A stretch of DNA of 64,000 nt. It comes from the human T2T-CHM13v2.0 reference genome, Homo sapiens. Position 1 is the first letter of the stretch. Every line of letters starts with the position of its first letter. Positions 41,290 through 55,665 of this stretch are shown in pieces. The position numbers were made by a program, and so were the translations under genes. Location of the stretch: the NCBI RefSeq assembly GCF_009914755.1, contig NC_060927.1; one strand, 5' to 3'. The notes beneath the pieces are model-generated. The model had not been told where the DNA came from. It was given only the letters and a program-made list of their open reading frames with translations, and did not search any database.

Positions 41290-44200
41290 TAAAAGGGAGG
41301 AAGAAATCAAGCTGTCTTTATTCACAAGTGACATAATTGTATAGAAAACCCGAAAGAGCCAGCAAAAAACCTCCTGGTACTAACAAGCAAATATAGCCAG
41401 GTTGCAGGATACAAGATTGATACAAGTCTATCACTTTCTTATACATTAGCAATGAGTAAGTGTAATTTGAAATTAACAACACAATACCATTTACATTAGC
41501 ACCCTAAAAAATAAAATATCTCAATACCTTGAGATATTGAGGGTGTAGGTAGAGACCACTGCAATAAAGCAAATATTGCAATAAAGCAAGTCACAAAAAT
41601 GTTTTAGTTTCCCAATGCATATAAAAGTTATGTTTACATTATATATATTCTATTAAGTATGCAGTAACATTATGTCTAAAAAGCAATATATATCCCTTAA
41701 TTTAAAAATACAGTATTGCTTCCAAATGCTAACAGTCATCTGAGACTTCAGCAAGTCATAATCTTTTTGCTTGTGGAGAATCTTGCCTTGATGTTGATAG
41801 TTGTGGACTGATCTGAGTAATGTTTAGAAAAGATTGAGATGGCTATGACAATTTCTTAAAATGATACAACCATGAAGTTTGCTACCTTGATTGACTCTTT
41901 AACTCACCAAAGATTTCTCTGTAATGTGAGACACTATTTAATAGTATTTTACCCCCAGTAGAATTTCCTTCAGAATTGGAGTCAATCCTCTCAAACCTTG
42001 CTGTTCCTTTATTAATTATGTTTATGTAATATTCTGAATGCTGTCTTGTAATTTCAACAATGTTCAAAGAATCCTTAGTAGGAATAGACCTCACCTCAAG
42101 AAACCACTTTCCTTGTCATCTATAAAAAGCAACTCCTCACCCATTCAAGTTTGATCATGAGACTATAGCAATTCAGTCACATCTCCAGTCTCCACTCCTA
42201 ATTTTAGTTCTCTTGCTATTTCTACCACATCTTCAGTTACTTCCTCCATTGAAGTCTTGAACTTCTCAAAGTCATCCATGGTGGTTGAGATCAATTTCTT
42301 CCCAAATCCTGTTTATATTAATATGTTGACCTCTTTCATGAATTATAAATGTTCTTAATGGCATTGACAACAGTAAATCCTTTCCAGAAGGTTTTCAATT
42401 TACTTTGTACACATCCATCACAGAAATCACTATCTATGCAAACTATAGCTTTATGAAATGTATTCGTTAAATAATAAGACTTGAAAGTCAAAATTACTTC
42501 TTGATCCATGAACTGCAGAATGGATGCTGTGTTAACAAGCATGAAAACAACATTAATCTCCTGCACGTCTCCATCAGAGCTCTTGGGTGACCAGGTGTGT
42601 TTTCAATGAGTAATAATATTTTGAGAGGAATCCTTTTTTCTGAGTAGTAGGTCTCAATAGTGGGCTTAAAATATTCAATAAACCATGCTGTAAACAGACA
42701 TGCTCTCTCATCCAGGCTTGGTTGTTCCATTTTTATAGGGCACAAGCAAAGTAGGCTGGGAATAATTGTTAAGAGCCCTAGGATTTTTAAAATGGTAAAT
42801 GAGCATTGACTTCAACTTAAAGTTACCAATGGCATTAGCTCCTAACAAGAGAGGTAGACTATTTTTTGAAGCTTTGAAGCCAGGCACTTACTTCTCTCTA
42901 TCTATGAAAGTCTCAGATGGCATTTTCTTCCAATATGAGGCTGTTTTGTCTACATTGGAAATATGTTGTTCTGTGTAGCCACCTTCATCAATTATTTTAG
43001 CTAGATCTTCTGGATAACTTGCTGTAGCTTCTACATCAGCATTTGAAGCTTCACCCTCCACCATCACGTTATGGAGAGGACTTCTTTCCTTAAACCTCAT
43101 AAACAAACTTCTGCTTGCTTCACACTTTTCCTCTGTAGCTTCCTTACCTCTCTCAGTCTTTATAGAATTAAGGAGAGTTCACAATGCAAAGGAAAATTGT
43201 GGATAATTGAATTTTTTCCAGAAGAACCCTAGCTTTTGGCCTACCTTAGCTCTTGACACGCTTTCCTCGCCAAACTTAATCATTTCTAGTTTCTGATTTA
43301 AAGTGAGAAACAGCTTAATACATGGGTGATGAAATAATCTGTACAAAAACCACCATGAAACAAGTTTGCCTATGTAACGAACCTACACATGTACCCCTAA
43401 ACTTAAAAGTTAAAAAAAAAGGGAGAAATATGTGACTCTCCCTTTCACCTGAATACTTAGAGGCCATTGTAGGGTTATTTATTGACCTAATTTTAATATT
43501 TTTGTGTCTCAGGGCATAGAGAGGCCAAAACAAGGGAGAGAGAGGGGAATGGTTTGATGATGGGTCAGTCAGAACACACACAACATTCATTGATTAAGTT
43601 AAACATCTCATATGGACACAGTTTGTGACACACCAAAACAATCACAATAGTAACATCAAAGATCACTGATCACAGATAACCAAAACAGACATAATAATAA
43701 TGAAAAAGTTTGAAATATTGTGAAAATTACCAAAACATGACAGAGAGACATGAAGTGAGCACATGCTGTTGCAAAAATGGCACCAATAGACTTGCTTGAT
43801 GGAAGATTGTCATGAACACTTAATTGTAAAAAACACAGTATCTGTGAAGTGCAATAAAGTGAAACACAATAAAATGAGTTATGCCTTAAGCATATCTTAG
43901 GTATGCACTTAGGAATAAATCTAACAAAATTATGTACAAGATCTATATGATGAAACATAAAACACACTGCTGAAAGAAATCAATGAATTAAATAAATGGA
44001 TATTTCATATTCACTGAGAAAAATATAATATTGTCAAGATGTGAGTTCTTCCCACCTTGATCTACATTCAGTGCAATCCCAGTCAAAATTCCAGCAAATC
44101 ATTCTGTGAATATTTGTAAACTATGTCTAAAGTTTATTTGGAGAGACAACAACAGACTTACCAACACAATGTTGAAAGATAACAAAGTTGAAGGACTAAT

Positions 44201-44940
44201 AGTACCCAACTTTAAGACTTATTATAAAGCTATAATAATCTTACCATATGACCCAGCAAGTGAGTTTCTTGGTATTTACCCAAAAAGTTGAAAACTTATA
44301 TTCACACAAAAAGCTTCACACAGATGTTTATAGCAGCTTTATCCATAATTGCCAAAACTAGGAAGCAAATAACATATCCTTCAGTAGGGTGAATGGATAA
44401 GTAAATGGTGGTACATTTTCATAACAGAATATCATTGAACACTAAAAGAAATGAAACATCAAGCCATGAAAACACATGAAGAAACCTGAAATGCATATTA
44501 CTGAGTGGAAGAAGCCAGTCTGAAAATGCTAAATATTGTATGATTACAACTATATGACATTCTGGAAAAAGCAAAACTATGGAGGCAATAAAAGAATCAG
44601 TGGTTGTCGGGGAATGTGGGGAAGGAGGGATGAATTAGAGGAGCACTTTTTAGGCCAGTGAAAACTGTTCTTTATGATACTATATGAATGGATACATGTC
44701 ATCCTACATCTGTGAAATCCATAAAATGTATACTAGGAGTGAACCTTAATGTAAACTATAGATAAAGGGTGATGATGTGTTAATGTAAGTTGATCAGTTG
44801 TAACAAATGAACCATTCTGATGTGGAATGTTGATAGTAGGACAGATTATGTATGTGTGGGGGCAGGGAGTATATGGGAACTCTGTACCTTTCACTAAATT
44901 TCTCTGTGAACTGCTCTAAAATATAACACCTATTAAAATA
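41290..44940 (+). mobile_element. L1MC-type 3' portion, interrupted by Tigger1
   Basis: ORF2 remnants at 41290-41520 and 43890-44240, and an L1MC-like 3' UTR to ~44940. Confidence 0.8.
41524..43887 (-). mobile_element. Near full-length Tigger1 DNA transposon (dead transposase) containing a short L1PA 3' fragment at ~43313-43420
   Basis: Tigger1 termini. Minus-strand pogo transposase fragments include [40 protein letters not shown] and [22 protein letters not shown]. Confidence 0.92.
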
Positions 44941-45396
44941 ACAACAGCAAGAAGGAGAGAGAATTTCAAGAAGAAAAGATGGATCATTGCTTCTAAGAAT
45001 TAACCTGGTAAGGGAAGAATAATAAGGATTGAGAAATAAAAGAAATGAATCTTTATTTGCATTGAGTCTTTATTTGTATTCAAAGATCATGGAGTAGGTA
45101 ATACCAAATAACAACAGATGTTACTTGTACGGATTTATGAAATTTTAAATGATGGCTTTCACATTTTGATTTGATTTGAATGTTTAATTATACATGATAG
45201 CTTGTGAAAGATACCTGCAAATTAAATATGAATATCTTAGAATAGTGCACCAAACCCATAACACATAACAGAACAATTGCCCAATTATGTTCCTGAGACG
45301 GAGTTGTAATTTCTAGAACAGATCAACCTAGGGGCTTTGTCTGAGTCCTGGTGGGGATTGAAGCTCTATTTTCCACTGAACTTACCCTTAGGAATA

Positions 45397-45669
45397 CAGA
45401 TAGTCCCCAACTTACGATGGTTCAACCTGCAATTTTTTGACTTTACAATGGTGCAAAGGTGATATGCATTCAGTGGGAACCATACTTCTATTATGGTTTT
45501 GTGTTAGATTTTTCCCAATTGTAGGGTAATGTAAGTGTTCTGAGCATGTTTAAGGTAGGCTAAGCTAAGCTATGACATCTGGTAGGTTAGGTGTATTAAA
45601 TACATCTTTGACTTATGACATCTTCAACTTACAATAGAGCTTAACTCATTGTAAGTCAAGGAGTATCTG
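45397..45669. mobile_element. MER47-like Tigger MITE
   Basis: TA-flanked terminal inverted repeats cagatagtccccaacttac / gtaagtcaaggagtatctg. Confidence 0.85.
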
Positions 45670-46486
45670 TATTTAAACTATGGTTGCTAGCTTCTCTCTC
45701 CTGGGGCAATCACTGTCCTATGAGGGCCTCAACACTGTAGTGGGTTTGACCTCTAGGAATTCCACCAGGTTGTCATGGTAAAGAGCCAAGAAAGATCACT
45801 TTGTGGTTCTGGGAATTTGAGGTGAAAACTAATCATTGTGAAATATGCTCTGAGTGTTCTCCATAACAAAAGCCTACTTTTCAGATGAAAATAGTCTGCC
45901 AAAACCACTGCCAAAATCACCTGGGGGAAAAGCATTTTCCTGACTCTAACCCAGCCTACCCCCTACTCCTAGCCTACCCGCTTATCCCCAGCCTTCATGT
46001 ATCACTTAAGGGATGTAAAAAGCTAAGAAACAGTTGTGAAGGACACAGGCCAGGGATACAGGCCCACTAAAAGAACTGAAATGTAATCATAAGATTATAG
46101 AAAGCTTCCCCCCTTCAGTGTTTTACAGCCATACCAACAGGACTCTGTTTAATAACAGTGAGTTAAAGCTGAAATAACTGCAAGATGCAGACTCTATCAA
46201 AGAATTTCTTAGAAAAGTCCAAAGAAAATAGGGTAGACAAAAAAAGGACACTATAAAAGTTTTAAGCCTCTGGAACGCACAGCCATAGCAAATATTAAAC
46301 AAAGCCCAACTCCTAGCTGGACTAATATAAATCCTCACACTAAGACATACTCACCTTACTTTCCATTACCTGACACACTATTTTTTTTTTTTTAAAGAAA
46401 CATTACAAGTCATGCTAAAAGGCAGGGAAAAGTACAATCTGAACAGACAAAGCAAACATCAAAAATCTGACTTGAGTATGGCATAG

Positions 46487-46699
46487 ATTTTTGAATATCC
46501 TTAACCGAAATGCTTGGGGACAGAAATGTTTTTAGATTTTGGAATATTTGCACTATGTTTACCAGTTGAGCATCCCAAATCTGAAAATTCAAACTCTAAA
46601 ATGCTCCAATGAGCGTTTCCTTTGAACATCATATCAGCACTCAAAAAGATTTGAATTTTGGGGTATTTTGAATGTTCAGATTTGGGATCTCAACCTGTA
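46487..46699. mobile_element. Tigger4a/MER46-like MITE
   Basis: ccgaaatgcttggggacagaa...gggatctcaacctgta. Confidence 0.78.
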
Positions 46700-47198
46700 T
46701 CAGACAGAGACTTTAAAACAACTATTAATAATAACCAAAGGACTATAATGCAAAAAGTTGTCAACATTCAGGAACACATGGATTAAGTAAGCAGAGGAAT
46801 AAAATCCTAAGAAATCATCAAAAGGAAATCCTAGAAAGCAGAAATACTAACAGAAATTCGGAATGCCTTTGATGAACTCACGAACAGATCAAGCACAGAT
46901 GAGAATAGAATCAGTGAACTTGAAGATAGAAAAAAAATCAGAAAAGAACATCCAAATACTGGAAACAATTTTAAAAGGTATAATGTATAGGTAATTGGAG
47001 TACTAGAAGGAAAAAAAAAGAAACTTAAGTAAAGAAATATTTGAAGTAAAAAAAGCTGAAAATTTTACAAAATTAATGGCAGACACAGTTCAGAGAACAC
47101 TAAGCAGGATAAATAATAAGAAATATATAACTTTATATATTATGTTCAAGCTGTAAAAAACTGAAGACAAGAAGAAAATCTTGAAAGAAGCCAGAGGG

Positions 47199-47520
47199 GG
47201 CCAGGTGCTGTGGCTCACACCTATAATCCCAGCACTTTGGGAGGTCGAGGCTGGCAGACCACTTGATGCCAGGAGTTCGAGACCAGCCTGGCCAACATGG
47301 TGAAACCCCATCTCTGCTGAAAATAGAAAAATTAGCTGGGCGTGGTGGTGCATGCCATAATCTCAGCTACTCGGGAGGCTGAGGCACGAGAATCACTTGA
47401 ACCCGGGGGCTGGAGGTTGTAATGAGCTAGTATCTGTAATGAGCCCACTGTACTCCAGCCTGGGTGACAGAGCAATACTCTATCAAAAAAAAAAAAAAAA
47501 GAAAAAAACAGAAAAAGAAA
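47199..47520 (+). mobile_element. AluS SINE
   Basis: Full Alu with an A tail inside L1 ORF1. Confidence 0.94.
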
Positions 47521-48239
47521 TATATCTTGCTTAGAGAGGAGCAAGGATAAGGATTACAATGCACTTTTTATCAGAAACCATGCAAACAAGAGTAGACTGG
47601 AGTGAAATATTTAAAGTTTTGAAAAAATAAAACCACCAACTTTGAATTCTGTATCCACCAAAATCATTCTTCAAAAGTGAGGGAAATATAAGGACATTCT
47701 CAGACAAATAAAAAGGAAAATTATATAGGTCCGGAAACTTGGAACTACATCAATAAAGGAAAAACACTGGAGAAGAAATGAATGAAGGTAAGATAAAATC
47801 TTTTATCTTTCTTATCCTTAATTTATCTAAAAGATAATTGTTTAAAGTAATTATAGTAATAATTTACTGAATGATTATAGCATGCAAATAAGTGAAATTA
47901 ATGATAGCAATGTTGTTGGAAATGGGAAGAGGAATTGGGAATAATCTCTTACAAGTTACTTCCCCTACACCTGAAATGGTAGAGTACTACTTTATGTTAA
48001 ACTTAGATTCATTAAAAATATATATTGCAAACTCTAGGGCAACCACTGACTTTTTTTTTTTTTTCAAGAAAAGAGAGGAGATAAAATGGAGCTAAATAAA
48101 ATTCTCAATTAGAGAAAGCATAAAATGAAATGAGGGGGAAAAAATAACAATAATGCAAATAATAGAAGACAGTTACAACATGGTAGATACTAATCTAACT
48201 TTATCAATACTCACTTTAAATGTAAATGATCTGAAATAC

Positions 48240-48505
48240 TACATGTTCTCACTTATACATGGGAGTTAAACCTTGGGTACTCATGGACATAAAGATGGCA
48301 ACAGTAGACCAGGGACTACTAGATGGGAAAGGGCGTATGAGAGTCGAAAGGCTCTTGGGTACTATGCTTAGTACGTGGGTGATGGGATCATTTGTACCCC
48401 AGACCTCAGCATCACACAATATACTCAGATAACAAACCTGCACATGCACCCCCTGAATTTAAAATTAAAGTTACCAAAAAAAGCAAAAATTAAAATAAAT
48501 AAATA
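48240..48505 (+). mobile_element. L1PA/PB 3' end fragment
   Basis: catgttctcacttata...aacctgcacatgcaccccctgaa followed by an A-rich tail. Confidence 0.85.
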
Positions 48506-48740
48506 AATATAAATTATCAGAATACACCACTTAAAAGACAAAGATTGTCAGGGTGGATTTTTTTAAAACCACTACCATATGTTATCTACAGGAAAGCCAC
48601 TTTAAATATAATGGCACAGATTGGTTAAAACTAAAGAGATGGAGAAAGATATGTCATTACACTAATCAAAAGAATGCTGAAGTTGCTATATTAATTTCAA
48701 ACTAAGCAGACTTCGGAACAAGAAAACATGTCAGAGATAA

Positions 48741-49091
<351 letters not shown>

Positions 49092-49645
49092 AACAATCTT
49101 TAATGTGTATACAATTAACAACAGAGTATAAAAATACACGTGGCAAAAATTGATAGAACTGCAAGGAGAAATAGACAATCTACTCATAATAGAAGACTTC
49201 ACCGCACCACTTTCAGTAATTGATAAATCAAACAGGCCAGGAAGTAAGGATATAGTTGACTTGAACAGCAGCATCAATCAACTGGATCTAATTGACATTG
49301 GTAGAATACTTCATCCAACAGCAGCAGAATAAACATTCTTTTCAAGCTTACATGGAAAATTCACCAAGATAGACCATATTCTGTGTTACAAAACACATCT
49401 TAATAAATTTAAAATAATAGAAATCATATAAGGATGCTCTGAGATCACAATGGAATTAAGCTAGAAATCAATAAAAGAAAGACAGATGGAAAATACCAAT
49501 GTATTTGGAAATTAAACGACACACTTCTAAATAACACATAGGTCAAAGAAGTCTTAAGGGCAATAAAAAATACCTTGAACTGAATAAAAATGAAAATAAA
49601 ATATTAAAAAGGATGGGATACAACACAAGCAGTGCTTAGAGTGAC

Positions 49646-49947
49646 TTTTTTTTTTTTTTTTTTTTTGAAACAGGGTCTCACTCTGTCACCCAGGCTAGAG
49701 TACAGTGGCATGATCACAGCTCACCATAGCCTTGACCTCCCAGGCTCAAGTGATCTTCCCACCATAGCTTCCTGAGTAGCTGAGATTACAGGTGCCCACC
49801 ATCATGCCTGACTATTTTTTGTAATTTTTGTAGAGACGGGGTTTTGCCATGTTGCCCAGGCTGGTCTCGAACTCCTGGGCTCAAGTGATCCACCCACCTC
49901 AGCCTCCCAAAATGCTAGGATTACAGGTGTGAGCCACAGCACCCGGC
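49646..49947 (-). mobile_element. AluJ SINE
   Basis: Antisense Alu; TSD ttagagtgac. Confidence 0.94.
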
Positions 49948-51054
49948 TTAGAGTGACATTTGTAGCATAAAATGCAAATAATTAGAAAAAAGAAGGATCC
50001 AAAAGAAATAATCAAAGCTTCTGACTTAGGAAAATACAGAAAGAACAATTTAAGCCTAAAGCAAATAGAATGAAATAATAGAAATTAGGGCACAAATATT
50101 CGAAATGACCAATGACATTGCTATACCTTTAAGTAATCTAATCAAGACAAAAAAGACAAAAATTAACAATATCACAAATGAAAGACGGGTCACAACTACT
50201 ACTGTTCTTATTGACATCAAAAGAATAATGAAAAAATACTACAAACAACTCTATGCCCACAAATTTGATAACTTAGATTCAATGTACCAATTTTTTGAAA
50301 GGCAAAAACTAAAGAAGAAAGAGAGAAGTTCATTCAAGAAGAAAGAGATAATTTTAATAGTCAAAAGAACGTAGAAGGCAACTGAAAGAATTTCCAATGA
50401 CTAAAGGTGGAACAATTTTAACAATAAAATCACTAGTGTTGAATTATGACCAAACTATAATATATTCAAACTATAATATACCGAACTATAATAATGTTAT
50501 GTAATATACTCATGAATGTTTATCCATGAGTCTATACTGATATAAGACATTATTAAATAAATAAATAAATGGACTAAAAGAGGTAAATTCATCATGCAGA
50601 TAAATTCTAAATAATTTGTGTATATTCTCCACCCTAAATGAAGTGAAGCATAACTTTCCATAACTTAAGTATGAGTTGCTCATAGTGACATCTTTCCAAA
50701 TAATACAGTATGGAAAGAGGGAATGAAGACAGTAACTTTACAGTGAAGAACCCTTATAAATATTCCTTCAGCTAGGTGATCAAGATTAACATCAACAATT
50801 ATGTCATCATGTTGATAGTATGTACCCTTTATATGGTGTGATGAAAAGGGTAACATACTTCCGTGATTGTTCCCAAAAGACTCATCCTCAGTTTAATCAT
50901 GAGAAAAAACAACAACCAAATCACAACAGAGTCATTCCACAGAATACCTGATCAGTACTCCTTTAAATGGTCAAGGTCATCAAAACCAAGAAAAGTCAAG
51001 AACTGTCACAGCCAAAAGGAGCTAAAAAGACAAGACAACTAAATGTAACATGGT

Positions 51055-51298
51055 ATCTTGGTTCATCTGCGCTGGCGTAACAAAATACTTATTTCACGCA
51101 GTTCTGGAGGCTAGTAAGTCCAAGATTAAAGCCACCAGCAGGTTACATGCTGGGCGAAGACTGCTCTCTGCTTCCAAGATGGCATCTTGTTGCTGCACTC
51201 TCTGGAGGAGAGGAATGCCATGTTCTTAGAAGAGCAAAAGAGCAAAAAGAGCCTAAACTACTGGCCTGCAGCTCTTAAGGCACTAATCCATTCATAAG
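51055..51298 (-). mobile_element. MLT1A/MST-type LTR fragment
   Basis: cagttctggaggctagtaagtccaagatt...ggcactaatccattcataaggg. Confidence 0.7.
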
Positions 51299-51434
51299 GG
51301 TAAATAATAATGTATCAACATTTGTTCATTAGTCATAACAAATATACCATACTAATGTAAGATGGTAATAATAGGGGAATCTGTGTGTGTATGTGGTTGG
51401 GGGGAAATGGGAATTCTCTGTAGCATCTTTGCAA

Positions 51435-51747
51435 TTTTTTTTTCTTTTCTTTTTTTTTTTTTTTTCGGAGACAGAGTCTCACCCTGTCGCCCAGGCTGGA
51501 GTGGAATGGTGCAATCTCAGCTCACTGCAACCTCCGCCTCCTGGTTCAAGCAATTCTCCTGCCTCAGCCTCCCGAGTAGCTGGGCTTATAGGCACTCGCC
51601 ACCACGCCCAGCTAATTTTTTGTATCTTTAGTAGAGACAGGTTTTCGCCATGTTGGCCAGGCTGGTCTCAAACTCCTGACCTCATGATCTGCCTGCCTCT
51701 GCCTCCCAAAGGGCTGGGATTACAGGCATGAACCATCGTGCCCGGCC
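51435..51747 (-). mobile_element. AluS SINE
   Basis: Antisense Alu; TSD tgcaat. Confidence 0.95.
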
Positions 51748-51912
51748 TGCAATATTTATCTAAATCTAAAACTGTTCTAAAAAAGAAAGTTTATTTTTAA
51801 AATAATGACTCTTCAATGCTTGGCAATCTTACTCGATGAAAATTATTTTCCTTTGAACATGGTCACAAGTCAAATGTTATTTACTCAAGTTGTTCTATAA
51901 AAGAATAGGGAC

Positions 51913-52369
51913 TGTATTAGCTTCCTAGGGCTGCCATAACAAAGTAACACAAACTGAGTGGCTTAAACACCAGAAATTTATTGTCTCACAGTTCTGGAGG
52001 ATAGAAGTATGAGATCAAAGTGTTGGCAGGGTTGGTTCTTTCTGAGGGCTGTGAGAAAGAGTCTGTTCCATGCCTCTTGCCTCGCTTCTTGTGGTTCGCT
52101 GGCAATCTTTGGCATTCCTTGGCTTGTAGATTCATCACCCTGATCACTGTCTTCATCTTCATATGGCATTCTCCCATGTGCCTGTCAGTCTGTGTCCAAA
52201 TTTCCTTTTTATAAAGATACCGGTCACATTGGATTAGGCTGTACCCTTATGACCTTCTTTTAACTTGATCACTTGCAAAGACCCAATTCCCAAATAAAGG
52301 TCACAGTCACAGGTAATGGGATAATACTTTCAACATCTTTGGTGGGGAGACATTACTTAATCCCTAACA
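51913..52369 (-). mobile_element. MLT1 (MLT1C-like) solo LTR
   Basis: tgtattagcttcctagggctgccataacaaag...ccctaaca. Confidence 0.88.
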
Positions 52370-52959
52370 GACACAGTCTTTGAATCCAAAATGTCCATTT
52401 GTTTATCTAGAAAGTCACCTCACTCACTGAATGCCTCATAGGAGAGTGAGTGCTTGGATAGTGCTAATATTTTCTAACAACACTGTAACTTATATTTACT
52501 GTGAGTGACCTGGAATTAACTAACTGGGCCTTTAATAAAGCCAATCAGATTTCAGGCTTTACTACATTTGCACTGACACCATCATAACTAAACCTATAGA
52601 TATAACTTTCAACTACTTCTTAAATTGCCAAGAATTTTTAAGCTCAAATGAGGTTACACTGGACTTGCATATGCATATTTTTCTCTTCTTGTCCCTGTTC
52701 TACCTCTTCATCTTCCCCACTTTCAACTATATTTAAAAGACAAAGTGTTCAAATATGTTCATAAAGCACAGAAATGGACAATCATGAATAATTTTTTCAA
52801 AACATAGTTCAAAGAAATTCGGACTTCCCAGCCAAGCCCTTTGGAGTTACTATGTAGCGGCATCTAGGCACATTCTATAGAGTAGATTATGGACTCCTCA
52901 ACCAACCAGATTTATAAACTCACTTATGTGGACATTTACCATATTCCCCTTCTGGCCGT

Positions 52960-53960
52960 AAGTACTATAAATAAGTAAAACATGCATGTTAGACAGTATG
53001 TTAAATGTTACAAGTGTTTGGGAGAAAAATAGGGCATAGAAATAAATATAAAAGGATGTCAGACTGTGAAATTTTAGATAGGGCATCCAGGAATGGTCTC
53101 GCAGAGAAGATAACTTTGGATTAAAGGACAAAACAGAATAAGGAATTCAGATACATAGCTATCTGCAGGGAGACAACTGATGATGTTCCAGGCAGAGGGA
53201 ACAACTCAAGTGAAAGCACCAAGAAGGGAACATGCCTGGAATGTCTGAGGCCAAGGTAGCTGGAAAAGAGAGAGTAAGAGGAAAAATGTTAATAGATGAA
53301 ATCAGAGAGATATCAGAGAATCAGGTTATTTAGGTAACTGTTTAACATAATGAGTATTTTGGCTTTTACTCTAAGTAAAATTCATTAAGCTATTTTCAAA
53401 AGGGACAATAACACAATAATAATTAGGTTTTCTGCATAGAGAATAGATTATGGGAGACTTCTCTCCAGGCAGAGGCAGAGAGACCAGCTAGAAGCTGGCG
53501 AGAGAAAATGGTGGTTTAGACCACAGTGTCAGCAGTGGGAATAGGAAGACGTTATTAATTTGGGATATAATTTCATGCACAACAAAAAGAATTTGCTGAT
53601 GCAATGGGTGTAGAGTGTGAGAAAGAGAGAGTTTAAAATGACACCAAGATTTATGGAATAATTGAATTGTTATTTAACTGAGATGGAAATGACTGCAAAA
53701 GAGCTAAAAGTTTATTAGAGAGAGGTAGATATGAGGAGGCAGTTTGGGACATGTTAAATTTGAGATGACTCTTGGATTTTCAAGTGGCTATTTAGGCTCT
53801 GGGAGAGTTGAGTCCAGGACACAGAGAAGAAGTCCAGGCTGGAGAAATAAAGTTTTGATCCATTAGTATACAGATGATATTTCAAACCATGAGACTAGAT
53901 GAGATGACCTAGAAAATGTGTAGACAAAAAAGAGAAGTGGTCCAAGGATTGAGCCCTGGA
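52960..53960 (-). mobile_element. L2 LINE remnant
   Basis: Typical antisense L2 motifs: ttccaggcagagggaacaactcaagtgaaagc, tttgggacatgttaaatttgagatg, aggattgagccctgg. Confidence 0.8.
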
Positions 53961-54581
53961 TATTTTATTATTTCTCTAATGTTCTTTCTTTGTATTTTCT
54001 GCAGACTCATCTCCACCTTAACCAACCGTTAATGGTTGGCATTGCTCTACTGTATGTCAAAACTTAAAATGCTACAGTAATTGAAACAGCATGGTATTGG
54101 TTTATGAAGATACAAATAATCAAATTAATAGGATCAATAGCCCATCTGCAGACTGATATATATATATATCCACAGACTGATATATATATATGTATTTATA
54201 TATATATATATAGAGAGAGAGATGTGATTTACAACAATAGTGGTGCTATAATATTGGGGATATGGTGGTGTGGTGGTGTTTTTAACAATGTATTGGGAAT
54301 ACTTACAATGCAAAGAAACAAATGACAGAAGCTCGAACCCTGCTTTACATAATACCCAAACATCAATTCCATATGTATTAAAAATTTAAATGTGCAAAGG
54401 AAAATAACAAAGCATCTAAGAGATAATATAGTAGAATATAGTCATAATATCTCTACAGGCAAAAAATTTATTAAATGGGAAACAAAATTATTAACTTTAA
54501 GAGAAAGATTGATAAATCAGGTTATATATAAAAACTGGACATTTCTGTTCATTGAAATATACCATTAAAAAAGTGAAAAGG

Positions 54582-54903
54582 GGCCAGGTGTGGTGGCTCA
54601 CACCTGTAATCCCAACACTTTGGGAGGCCGAGGTGGGCAGATCACCTGAGGTCAGGAGTTCGAGACCAGCCTGGTCAACATGGCGAAACCCCCTCTCTAC
54701 TAAAAATACAAAACTTACCCAGGCATGGTGGTGCGTGCTTGTAGTCCCAGCTACACGGAAGGCTGAGGCAGGAGAATTACTTGAACCTGAGAGGCAGAAG
54801 TTTTAGTGAGCTGAGATTGTGCCACTGCACTCCAGCCTGGAAGACAGAGCGAGACTCTGTCTCAGAAAACTAAGTAAATAACTAAATAAATAAATAAATA
54901 AAA
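54582..54903 (+). mobile_element. AluS SINE
   Basis: Full Alu with a (TAAA)n tail; TSD aagtgaaaagg. Confidence 0.95.
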
Positions 54904-55062
54904 TAAGTGAAAAGGCAAAAATACTAAGAGGGAAAACATACTTTCAACACATATTGCTGGCAAAGAACTTTTTTCCTGATTATATAAAGAACTCCATATG
55001 TGAATAACAAGGAGGCAGACAACCCAATAGAAAAAAGGACAAGACAACTGAAAAGGCACTAA

Positions 55063-55069
55063 ACACACA

Positions 55070-55105
<36 letters not shown>
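55063..55105. repeat. (CA)n microsatellite
   Basis: About 21 CA units with one interruption. Confidence 0.96.
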
Positions 55106-55108
<3 letters not shown>

Positions 55109-55513
55109 TGATAGACAAATATCAAGTAAACACACAGAATATAGGAAAAGATATTCAGCCTCATTAGTAATGAGGAAACTGCAAATTAAAACCACCTATA
55201 GAAAAGCCTAAATTTTAAAATATCACTAATCAGTATTAGGGAGATCGGGTTGTATACTGCTACACCACTTTGTAAAAAATGTGTCTACTAAAGCTGAAAA
55301 TACACGTAGGTTATGACCTTGTAATTCTACTCTTTAATATACACCTAAGATAATACAAAACATTTATATTAAGAGATATGCATAAAAATGTTCATAGCAG
55401 CATTTCTTACCATAGTCAAAACTAAAAACTACTCAATGTCTTTAATAGTAGAATTTTTAAACAACTTGGGGAATATCCATGAGTGCATGGAATAATGTTG
55501 AGTGAAAGAAGCC

Positions 55514-55526
55514 ATATACATATATA

Positions 55527-55568
<42 letters not shown>

Positions 55569-55665
55569 TATATATGTGTGTATATATATATATATATATA
55601 CACACATATATATATACATATATATATACACACACACACATATATATACATATATATGTATGTAT
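55514..55665. repeat. Compound (TA)n/(CA)n/(TG)n microsatellite
   Basis: About 150 bp of alternating purine-pyrimidine, largely self-complementary. Confidence 0.96.

Noticed and set aside
41882-43106. Domesticated pogo transposase (TIGD-like gene)
   Set aside because: Broken into several frames with stops; an ordinary dead Tigger1.
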